DNA from: Atractiella rhizophila
Taxonomy: Eukaryota
DNA: 64,000 nt
NCBI GenBank assembly: GCA_021432655.1
Contig: MU271359.1
Location: 1 to 64,000 of the forward strand
Reading direction: 5' to 3'
Shown: one piece after another, positions 13,832 through 24,735 of the stretch
How positions within the stretch are numbered: position 1 is the first letter of the stretch
Layout of the letters: each line of letters starts with the position of its first letter
Notes under the pieces: generated by a model
The model's input: the letters and a program-made list of their open reading frames with translations, nothing else
What the model was told of the DNA's origin: nothing
The model's database searches: none
Position numbers and translations under genes: made by a program

Positions 13832-14007
13832 ACCAATTGCTTTTTATCAGGGCTCAGTCTGGTATGCTCCAAACCAGGGAGGAAGCGTGTTTGGTGTCCA
13901 GACCGCGACTTCTGGAATAGACGGGATGACTGCAACGGCTAAATGTAAGTCGAGTTCTTCCACAACCCAGAAAAACTGACTAGGTACGCAGATGGACCGT
14001 GTTAAGA
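13832..14007 (+). pseudogene. Orphan duplicated last two exons of the GH76 gene
   Basis: Encodes GSVWYAPNQGGSVFGVQTATSGIDGMTATAK|YGPC-TAA with no upstream exons. Confidence 0.8.
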
Positions 14008-14423
14008 GCAATACGAAGTGAATGGAGATATTGAAGCACAAACCTGCTGTATTTGTCAAACTGAAATGTTGTCGCAAGTCCTTGTGGAATTTATCAAAGT
14101 GTTACGATATTCATGCTCCAGCTCAACTTGCCTTGACCACTCTCATCGATCTCATCCGTTGATTAGTTGACAATTGGGTTAATATTCGACCTTTATCAGG
14201 TATCCATTTCAATTATTTACTGGTAGAATCCACCAAGCTCTACGATCCATAAAGTCAATTCCAATGAAGACGTACACACCGATACAAATGGGGAAAGTTA
14301 AAAAAAAAAGAAGGCGATATAAACCGATGACTAACAAAGCGAGGCACTACCACTGACAAGAACGAAAAGAAGGGAAAGGAGTGGAATATAAAGGAATGTA
14401 GCAATGGTAGCGTAGAAGCCAGC

Positions 14424-16813
14424 TTATACCGCACCGATACCAGGTTTTTTCGATTTGATGCTGTTGACCCTTTATCAGTATGGATCACACGGAGGAGAAA
14501 GAACGAACTTGATGTTTTTTACAAACAGGGAGCAGATTATAATGCCTGCTCCTGTTCCAACTCCTGTTCGCATTTTTCAGCCGGTGTATGCGAGAGTCGA
14601 ACATGAGACTCTTACCTAGGAGGTAGGTATAATCAAGCGCGTAGACGTAAGCTTCAATGACGCCTGGACGAAGAGCAGGGTCCTATATGCACGATCAAAT
14701 CCCACTGGCGGTGCTCGGAAGAAGCTAGCTTACGATCGTCTTGATACTCTCCACACTGTTTCGGACCTATTCTTTCCGTCAGCGAGTAGCAGTCGAGAAA
14801 GGAGAGTAACTTGCCAATTCGAAAGGAGCATCAGGAGCAAACTTGTGCAAGCCGCTCGTGAGCTTGTTCGAGAAGAGCGTGTTGGCCAACGCGAGACCAA
14901 TGACGGCTCCGAGAGACTGAATGAAGTTATACAGGGCTGTAGCGATTGGTATGTCCCTCTCATCCTTCACTTGTGCTTGGACGGGCAGAATCAAAATCTG
15001 GAAAACGCAGCCGATTCCTATTGCGACTAGGACTTGGTATCCGTACAGCTCGGCATTTGAGGCATCGACTTTGAGGGTGTAGAGCAGACCCGATCCGACG
15101 CAGAGGAAGGCAGGAGTGCAGACGATGATGAACCAGTAGTGACCAGTTACTGTTTCAGTCTCGTCAGATGGTCTTTTAAGAGATGAAATGCAAGGAGGAC
15201 AAACAGGTGATGGCGATGCCTGAAATGGCGGAGAAGGTGACTACGCCGACCATGTAGGGCAGAATATCGATCCCTGACCTTGTTGCAGAATGACCATTGA
15301 CAGCCTGGAAGTACCTAAAGCAGATCAAATAAGACCTCTCATATTTTCAGATGGAGAGTAAAGGATTACAGAGGCAGGTAATAGATTGTGAAGATCAAAC
15401 TCCAGAAGCTGAAGAAAGCGGCACAGCTTGCCCCCATCTGTGTCCTCTGTTTGAAGAGCTCGAAAGGAAGCATGCGGAATGGTCCGGCGAATTTATACTC
15501 GTCTACAAATGCATCAGTCCATGACAGAGATTGTGGACGATTCACGAACAGAGGATGAAAACGGGTATGATGCCTACAGCCCCAGCGAAGAGACCAATGA
15601 TGATCTTATCGTTCCAAGGGTACTTGTTGCCTATATTTCCCGTCAGTTCAACGCATCTACCATGAAACAGTAGAGGAAACATGAACGGACCTCCCCATTG
15701 CAAAGGCAGTAAGAGGCAAGTGACCAAACCAAGCATGATGAGGGATCCACCTAAATCAAGTGCGAAAAGACGGAAGAGGATGCTTCTGGGATCCGTCCCG
15801 AAGCGACCAAAGATTCTGAGGAACCATCCAAACCGGCTACGGGTGAGATTCACTACTTCTGTGGGGAGTGGGGCAGGGGTCGCTGGTTTGATCAGCACGA
15901 AAATGGAGCCAATGGTGATGACGCCAACTGGAAGATTGATGTAAAAGCACCAGCGCCAGGAGACGTGATCTAGAAACATTAGGAATCAGGACATTCCTGA
16001 GAAGACACAGATGAAAAGCTGAACCAGTGAACGCTCCTCCCATCAATGCCCCGATGACACTACGCTCAAATTAGCTGCGAATGAATGGGAGAAACGGTAA
16101 TGAGCGAACCTGGAAATGGCGAAGACGGCGCCAAACCCTCCAAGGATCAGTGGACGATGCTCCACTTTCGCTACTTCTGCAATCATCGAAAGACACCCGA
16201 CAAAGATACCAGCCGCTCCGACTCCAGAGACCGCCCTGCCGAAGATGAGGAACTCGACGTTCCAGGCGACTGCACAGAACAGGGAACCGAGAGAAAATAT
16301 GAACACGGCCCAAATGAAAGCCCATTTTCGATCAAAGATGTTCAAGATCGTGCCAGCAATCAACATGAACGAAGTCTGCGTCAGGAAGTAAGCGAAACTG
16401 GTCCATCCTATTTCTTCGAGTGCGTTGAAACGAGATACGATGACGGGCAGGGCGGGCGCGATGATGGTTTGGTCGAGAGCTATGAGGAAGATGGCGAGGA
16501 GGAGGGAGATGGAGACGAGGACGAGAGGGATCCCGGTAAGATACTTGCTTTCGGGGTCCTGCTCATCCGAAACTTCCAAGGGCAACTGTGTGTACGACGC
16601 TTTCCCCTTCTCCCCCAGACCAGACACTCCCACGTCAATGGCGACCTCCTCGACGTCCATCGCGTCGTGGCTTCCACGAAGATTTCCTGTGGACTGTTTC
16701 TTTTCGATGGGGAAAGCAGACTCGTCTGAAAGCCTTTGCTCCTCATTCTGGACAAGCGTTCCAGGTGTGCTTGCAGCTGTACGGTTTGGCTCCTCGACCC
16801 CTAGTGGCGACAT
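14424..16813 (-). CDS. MFS drug:H+ antiporter, DHA2 type, copy 2
   Basis: Same exon structure and translation as copy 1; the coding differences I found are synonymous. Confidence 0.9.
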
Positions 16814-18216
16814 CTTTGCAAAAGATGAAAGGGAAAACTACGAGAGCTGGAAGAGCTGGGAAGTGGTCACGGTGGCTTCACAGACTGGGACTGAAACCAG
16901 TTCGGTCGAGAGGGTTGGTGTATTTACAGCGGTGTTAAATTAAATTGAAGGACACAACAATACACGTGAAGCCGATGAACTCATGAACTATGGGCACCCG
17001 CCGGATATTAAAGTCTGTCGGAAATGTTGGGTTGAGACAGGTTGGGAGCATGTATCCACTATCCACTATCCACCTGGACAGGTCTGGTTGACAGCTTTGA
17101 GATCACGAAATAATTAATCACATCGGTTATGAAAGAGAATGGAGGTTGACCCATGCGCGTGCATGTGCACATGTGTGTTGGATGAAGCTGCGATGAAGTT
17201 TATCTTTAATCTTTTGATGACGATCATTACACTAAGCCCCAGGGCTTTTCAACTCATTTAGATAATATCACCTAAGTTTTATCACACCATGGGAAGCATC
17301 ACAGTTGCTTATTCCGTCCAGCAAATATTGGAAAGTCTTGAGAAACACTCCTGCGAGCATGAAAGCCCATTCGAGTCACCTACAATCCGTGAAAGAAACG
17401 TCACATCACCAAAGCCATCACAAAATTGATACATGAGGCTGGGTCAATAGGTCAATGGAATTCTCTTTACATAAGCTTAAGCTCTCTGCTGTGTGACCGA
17501 CATCGACCGAAAGCAAGGTGACCTCGAAGCTCGATACTGTACCATATATGTGTGCCAGGGAATCCCAGTTAACAGCTCTTTACGTACCATGTAGTTGGGT
17601 GATCCAGTAAATGTCCGACGTCTATTTTTGAATCCAACCATATCCAACCAATCACCAACATCGTAAACTGCAGTTTTTTTTCCCTCTTCTCTCAACGGTC
17701 TGAGTCTGAGATTCTCCAGAATGTCTACCTGCTCCGAGGGCGATGCGGCAAGTACTGACATAGGCTGGGCAGCTCCCGCTTTTCCTCGGGCAGTCCCTTG
17801 ATTTGTAGTGTGCACTACTCTTCTTTCCTCGTCAAATCTGTCTCTAAATTTCCAGACATTGAATGTATCAGCCCGGGGATGCTAATTTCGATAGTAAATT
17901 CGATGGTGTTCTGTTCTGAATATTTTTGGACTCTGGAGTGGCAGATCTCAGGATCTCAGGCATCACGCTCAAGCAGTTGCTTTGATTTCCGTCAACCGTC
18001 TCTCATAATTTTCCAACTTGAAAATTACGCAATACATGTGTTGGAAGAGAGCATGCTCAAAATTTCAAGCCGTGCTTTCTCTATGTGGGCTTGATGCTTT
18101 AATGCGCCACAAATAAGACCCGGAATACGAACGAAGAGTTTATGCCGTTGGCTGGTAGGTCAGAAAATGTGCCGCGACATTTTGCAACTCGAAAAGCTGA
18201 ATAATCACGTGAACTT

Positions 18217-20311
18217 TCATCGGTTCCTCTTCTGTTTCTTCCTAGGCTGATCCTCTTCTTCTGAAAAGTCGTCCTCGTCCTCCTCATCCATAGGAATAGG
18301 GGTCAGATCGCTGTCATCGTCATCTTCCTCCATTTCCTGGTCCTCATCAGAATCGTCCGCGTCCGCGTCATCGTCATCGTCTTCCTCTTGCTCCTGACCT
18401 TTGTTTGCGATCCGTACTTTCTTTCCTTTTTCTTTCTTCTTCTCTTCCATCTTCCTCTCATGCTCCTCTCTTCTCTTCTCTCTCTCCTCCGCCTTCTTCT
18501 TAATCTCCTTCTTCTCCGCCTCAGTCTTCTTCACGACTTCATGCCATAGCGTCTCTCCCTCCCTCCCCTTTCCACCACCGACGACTCCACTATCAACCTT
18601 CCACATCGCGAGCTCCATCCTCGGTCCAAGCTCGACCAAGCCGACAGCTTTCCGGGTCCCCTTCTTCCCTCCACCCATATAATCACCAGGCAGTGCCACC
18701 GGGCGCTTTCCCTCATTCTCGCTTCCTGATCCACCGCTGCTCTCCGCCTCGCTCTCCGAGAAATCAGTCTCGCTCTCGCTGGCATATTCCGTCATCAACG
18801 TCCCCTCGCTCCCTTCGCTCGCCGCACTGGGAGCGCGAGCGCGTCGTAAGATATAATCGGCTATGTCCTCTCTATCCCCTAGATCGATCACGCTCCCTCC
18901 TCTTGAACGCGATGCTCCTAGCTTTCGAACCCGCTTGGAGACGGAGACGGGACGGAGGGAGATGAGGTAATGTCTGAATTGGATGGTCCGGGTTTTGGAA
19001 TTGTAGGACAGGAGGACGACGCGTCGGAAGTTGGTGAGAGGGGTGGAATGTACTTTCAGCGGCGGAAAGAGAGATTGCATGGTGGTGGTGAGGAGCGAGA
19101 GTGCGTGCTGTTCAGGCGTCGGCTTTTCCGCTGGCGGAGGAAATGAAGAGAGGATCAACTGCAACATCGAAAGGAAGCGATGTCAGATGAGGAGGGACCT
19201 TCTTGAAGAATACAGGGGGTACGGACGATAGGTTCAGTATCCATCTCCCTACCTTTGCCATGTGGCCGCTTCGAAACCCGCATGATATCGGCCCTCAAAG
19301 AATATCGAAGAATTTTGAAACTTAGACTCGGACCCCTGGGAAGTCGAGTTAGTCTAAGATTAGGCAGTCCAGTCTGTTCGTCGCTTTTGGAGTCAGGTTG
19401 CGAGAAGACACAGAGGTGGGTGACGCCAACTGCTGGCGCGATGGATATGTAGTCCCGTAGAGTGTTCGACTTTCGCTCCTATCCCCAGTTCAACGTCATC
19501 GATCAGTGATTTGGAGTGGCAATGCCTCTTCGTTAGGAAAAGTAAAGAGGACTCTTCAGAGGAGCACAACTGCTGCTGATGTCGAAAAGTGACATTTATG
19601 CCATGCAAGCGTTGATGAAAACAACAATCTCCAATGTAGTTCGCATATTTCAGTATACTTTAATATATATTCATTCAAGTAAGAGTCCGATTTTTTAGTA
19701 AGAAGGAAGACATTGCAGATCTAGCTGGTCTAGCTGGGAATGAAGATCTTGACACTGCTGTCTGACGGTCAAGATAGTGTGAGAATAGCGGATATGAAAC
19801 TGGACTAAATGGTCTACATAATGAGACCTCATATGGTAGTGCTCCCCAAGACATGTAGTAGCATAACACTTTCGCACTTGAAAAATTGATGTCTCAACAT
19901 GTGTTCGCTGGGAACACTAGGCTTTGTGATGGGGAGAAGAAGACTAATACAATCGCCAAATTGAACGCGACGCGTTGAATTCTAAGGGTTGCAGTCAATA
20001 CTGCGCGCCGTTTCATAAAAGAGACAAAGAGACAGATCCATCCAAGCTCACAACGACAATGTCGATTTTAGCATGATTTTTAATGAACAGGATTACTGAA
20101 GACTCAAACGTGAGCAATGAGACCAACGTACTCGGACCCTGGACCCCGTGTTAGGCTCCAGGACGCCTCTAAAATCCTTCACCAGCTCCTTGAGCGAATT
20201 GCTGACCTTGCCCGTCCTAACCACGAAAGATTTACTTGGTGCGTTTGGGCCGTTGACATTTGGCGGTGGCGGAGGGACGTGCGTCCGGGTCTTTCGTTTG
20301 CGATTTCCCAT
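18217..20311 (-). CDS. SSF1: Brix-domain ribosome biogenesis protein SSF1/Peter Pan
   Basis: Exon 1 (20311-20132, 60 codons, SFVVRTG..LVKDFRGVLEPNT..RVR) joins in phase 0 to ERKSNTLRDY at 19478. PRGPSLSF, FRHYLI and LVELGPRMEL motifs; acidic/basic tail. Confidence 0.93.
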
Positions 20312-20372
20312 GTTTCGATGCTTTAAATCTGTTAGCTGACTGGGATCGAAGGTAATGAACTTTGTGTCGCTG

Positions 20373-20382
20373 GAAAATTTTT
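20373..20382. promoter_or_regulatory. RRPE-like element upstream of SSF1
   Basis: GAAAATTTTT about 60 bp upstream of the SSF1 ATG; resembles the yeast RRPE motif of ribosome biogenesis genes. Confidence 0.45.
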
Positions 20383-20518
20383 GGAAGGAGGAATCCGGCC
20401 TTCCACTACAACAGTCAGCACTCCGGATGCTTATTACCCCAGATCAACACCAAAGGAGCCCGAACGGTTGAAAAGCCTCTTTTTGTACTCTGTCCCAGTA
20501 TAACCTGGTACACGCAAA

Positions 20519-21807
20519 ATGGCTACAGAAAAGTTATCGGAGCTTATAACGAACTTCGAGTTTCCTGCACCCTCCTCCGCACTCTATCTCCCTTCACTGC
20601 TCTGCATTGTCACTACCGCCGCGACGTTCATCTTGGGTGAAGTGTACAACAACCTCTCCCAAGTTGATAGGATATGGACTTTCATGCCTCCAGCTTACAC
20701 TGGACTGCTGTATTACTGGGCGACTTCGGTAGAAAATAACATTCCTGAGGAGACTCGGTGGAGAATCGGCGTGATACTCGCTCTCCAAGGCGCTTGGAGT
20801 GCAAGGTTGACGTGGAAAGCTTATGTCAGGGGATTCTTCTCTGCGTATGTTACTTCTTCCGCTTCTATTTGTCTCTGAAGAGCATCTATTGATTCTTTCT
20901 GGAGCACAGGAGTGGCGAGACAGAGGATTATCGTTGGATCGTACTCAAGAAAGAACTCATAACGAATCGATTTCTCATTGGCGTCTTCGACTTAGTCTTC
21001 GTAGCGGTGGCCCAGAATCTTCTACTTCTAGCTACATGCGTTCGTCACTCTTTTCCTCCTTAATCATATACCATTGGACTGATTGGATTGTTGGACTTTC
21101 AGCTTCCATCCTACTACCTTCTTGTTCACTCCTCGCGTCCATTAACGAATGTAGACTACATCATCCCTGCGCTCTACCTCGTCAATCTATCCCTCGAGAC
21201 GTTAGCAGACAATCAACAACAAAAGTATCAGCAATGGAAGCATTCTCTTCCTCCGGTCCAAAAAATCGAGGAGAACAATCAAAGAGGATTCTGCACGCGC
21301 GGTCTCGTACGTTTACATCTGCCCTCTCTTTCTTCGTGAGACTACAATGTGTTGATGCAAGGAAATGACGACAGTGGCGTTTCTCTCGTCATCCCAACTT
21401 CTTCCACGAACAGCTCGGATGGTACATCCTCTTTCTGTACACACTTCCACCCTCCGTTTTCTCTCCATCTTCATATCCCGACATCCCTACCTTTCTCCGT
21501 CTCTCTAACCTCAATTGGGCTGTCTATGGGCCGTTATCTATGACCGTACTCTTCTTCGGATCCACCATGTTCACGGAGTGGATAAGCGCGAAGAAATATC
21601 CGGTCTGTCTACATTTCTTCTCTACTTTTATTGATTCTCATATTATGAGGTATGTAGAATTATAGGCTGTACAGAGAGCGGATCGCGATGTTTGATTATT
21701 TGACGACGATTTGGAAGGAGGGGTTGTGGATGCTCTTGGATAACGCGGAAAGGAAGCGTAATAACCAAGTGCTGTTTGGAAACACGGTAAAGGTTAAGAG
21801 AGATTAA
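20519..21807 (+). CDS. DUF1295 membrane protein (steroid reductase-like clan)
   Basis: NLSQVDRIWT, WSARLT, EDYRW, LADNQQQKYQ, RGFCTRGL|WRFSRHPNF, FFGSTMFTEWISAKKYP; TAA 21805-21807. Confidence 0.9.
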
Positions 21808-22008
21808 GGGCTTCAGAACTTGAAATATATTGTGCGATTAATTGCACGATTGGTATTATCACTTGGATGTTGTGGATGTTGGATATTCTACTCAGAATGG
21901 AAACGTTCGAACACGGTCGTGCGATAGCGCATGTCGGCGCAATGTGTCTGAAGAAGGAAACAACCAGACACCAAGAAACTTCTCGACTGACCATTCGAAC
22001 ACAGAGCC

Positions 22009-24051
22009 ATGGAAGCAGTCGAAGCCTTGCTTGACGCCTCGCTCAAGAAGCCCACCAACGGCGTGCGTCCTCTCCTTTATACACCAACTGGGAAGTCACT
22101 GATGCAGTTCGCCACTCACGCAATGCAGGCTGAAAAATCTGCATCTGAGGATGTGGTTATGCGAACTCCCGACCGCGAGTCGCGCACCAGCAGTACCCGA
22201 CGAAGTAGGAGAGAGCGAAGTCGGAGCAGGGACAGGGATGGCGATCGCGAACGGAGGAGGGACAGGTCTCGTTCCCGCGACCGTGAGAGGGAGAGGAGGA
22301 GGAGACACCGTTCGAGGTCTCGCGATAGGTCGAGAGAGAGGGATAGGGATAGGGATAGGGATAGGAAGAGGCGAGATAGGAGTAGGGAAAGGAGGGAGAG
22401 ATATGAGAATTCGTCAGAGAAGGATAGACGGTACGCATTCCCTTCCCCTTGTATTTTGGTTGGGACTGTGGATGTTGATGGTGACATGTTCTATGGATAG
22501 AAGACGAGACTCTCGATCCCCTCCCCGTCGTCGTCGCTCCCCCCCTCCTCCTCAGCGCTCCCGTTCGCCTTCTCCTGCACGTTCCGAACGTGCTCCTTCA
22601 CCCAAGTGCGCTTCCTTCCATCTTCTTCCGGACCGACCATATGCTGACGTGCGGTGTTAGGTTGAGCGAGGAAGAAAGAGAGATGCGCTCCGTCTTCGTC
22701 TCTCAGCTGTCCGCTCGCGTCGGTGACAGGGAACTGGTCGCGTTCTTCAACTCTCAAGCTGGTGAGGTGCGAGAGGGAAGGGTGATTGTGGACCGCATTT
22801 CTCGACGTTCAAAGGGGTACACCTTTGGCATCTATCCCTTCTGTCTGTGGCTAATTGTTTCTTGTGTAGGGTCGCCTACGTCGAGTTCCGAGATGTGGAC
22901 ACAGTCTCGAAAGCTATCGGTCTCTCCGGTACCAAGTTGTTGGGCGTGCCAATCATTGTGCAGTACACTGAGGCAGAGAAAAACCGACAAGCTATGTTAG
23001 GTGGAGGAGCATGGAATCCACCGTTCGTCATCTATCCTTTTGCTCCCTCAGAAATATCAGACGCTGATTGATGATGTAATGGACTGGCAGGCTATACGTA
23101 GGATCACTCAATTTCCAACTCACAGATGCAGACATCAGAGCAGTGTTTCAACCTTTCGGTGCTATCGATTATGTGGATTTGCACAAGGATCCCATAACTG
23201 GCAAGTCGAAGGGATACGCCTTCGTCCAGTGCGTCGCACCTCATCTCTTCAAACACATAGGCTAATGGAGCCCGCTTTAGATTTCGCAAACTCGACGATG
23301 CGAAAACTGCGATGGAGAAAATGTCTGGCTTCCAGCTCGCAGGCAGAGCGATCAAGGTGACGCAGGTGCAAGAGAACAAGCCGCCGCCGAGTTATGGTGG
23401 AGGTGGAGGGGGTGGATTCAGAACAGATAGGGATTTGGATGACGGCATTGGTCAGTCTTCTGCCTTATACAGTCGCAATGAAGGACAGAAATGCTAACTG
23501 TCGTGTCTGTGGAACAATAGGCGGAAGTCTCAATAGTATATCGAGAATTGAGCTGATGCAGAAATTAGCAAGGAACGAAGGGAAGGTGGAAGTGCCGAAA
23601 GCTCCTCTGTACGTCACACACTCTGCTCTAAAATCTTGCTGACTATTCTTTGATGTGATTTATAGCGTCCGTCCCAACATCCCCACGGCCGTCTCACGCT
23701 GTATCGTTATGCGCAACGTGTTTAACCCTGCGGAAGAGACGGATCCGACCTGGGATGTGGACCTGAGAGATGACATCAGAGGAGAGTGTGAGAGCCAGTT
23801 TGGCAGGATTGTCGGCATCGTGGTGCAAAAGGAAAGCACACAGGTGCGCCTACACCTTCCTCCTTCTCTGCCCATTTTCGCAGAAAGTCCTAATATAATG
23901 TGCGGTACAGGGCGAAGTTTACATCAAGTTCGAAGAGACGGATGCGGCCCAGAAAGCCGTGCAGGGCTTGAGTGGGAGATATTTCGGGGGGAAACAGATC
24001 CAGACGGGCTTCATCAGCGATGCCATCTTCGACGCGAGTAATAGGAAGTAG
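22009..24051 (+). CDS. RBM39: RBM39/CAPER (CC1-like) splicing factor: RS domain, 2 RRMs and UHM
   Basis: RS/RD-rich N-terminus; [46 protein letters not shown] and [12 protein letters not shown] 24049-24051. Confidence 0.93.
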
Positions 24052-24735
24052 GGTTGAAAAGGAACAAGGTCGGAGAGAACGCTGTTTGGTGGATTTGGCC
24101 TAAAGGAGGATTAGACGTCGATTTCTCTGCGTTTCAGGTCGATGATGCATTCCATTAAGGAGGACGGAATCGAACGAAGGAATGTCTAACCGCAAGATCT
24201 CTGTCGACTTTTCCTTCCTGCTGCCTCATTCGTCTACTAGATCATCATACCCTCAATCGAATACTCACGAATCTCCATCTCATATTCTTCTTACTCGCTA
24301 TTTCTGCTATCCATGGACAACAAAGAACCGAACGAACTTGTATTTCTCAACTCAAAAAGAAGACTCGTGCTTCCCCATCTGACCCCATCTACTTAGGCTT
24401 CCCTCTCACCTCCTTCGATATTGTGGTGACCTTCGCTGGATTCATCTCCCTCCGTACGCCAATCACTACCTTATGGAAAAAGAAGGGCTTCTTGGCGTGA
24501 TGATTGATGGATTCAGTAGGCGTGAACCCGATTCTTCCCCCCTTGGATTTATGGCTCTCTATTATTCCTCAGTATGATAGTTGTAGTTTAAATACTCCTT
24601 ATTTAGTACTTAGCTATATACAACGGTTGGTAACTTTGCAATTTACGCGATGTCACCACCCGTATTCAAGGATTTTCACCCCTCAACATCGACAATGACT
24701 AGCCAGGGAAGAAACCGGTCGTGGAAATTGATTAT

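Larger units (their letters stand above)
10636..17023. repeat. Direct tandem duplication, ~3.19-kb unit (10636-13831 and 13832-17023)
   Basis: Near-identical sequence at offset 3192-3196; junction GTCGGAA|ACCAATTG at 13831/13832. The unit holds the GH76 3' end plus the whole MFS gene and its upstream region. Confidence 0.97.

Noticed and set aside
3427..16813. Secondary-metabolite cluster (SDR plus MFS pair)
   Set aside because: No PKS, NRPS, terpene synthase or other backbone enzyme in the window.
22341..22364. (GGATAG)n as a telomere-like or CRISPR-like repeat
   Set aside because: It encodes the RD dipeptides of the RBM39 RS domain.
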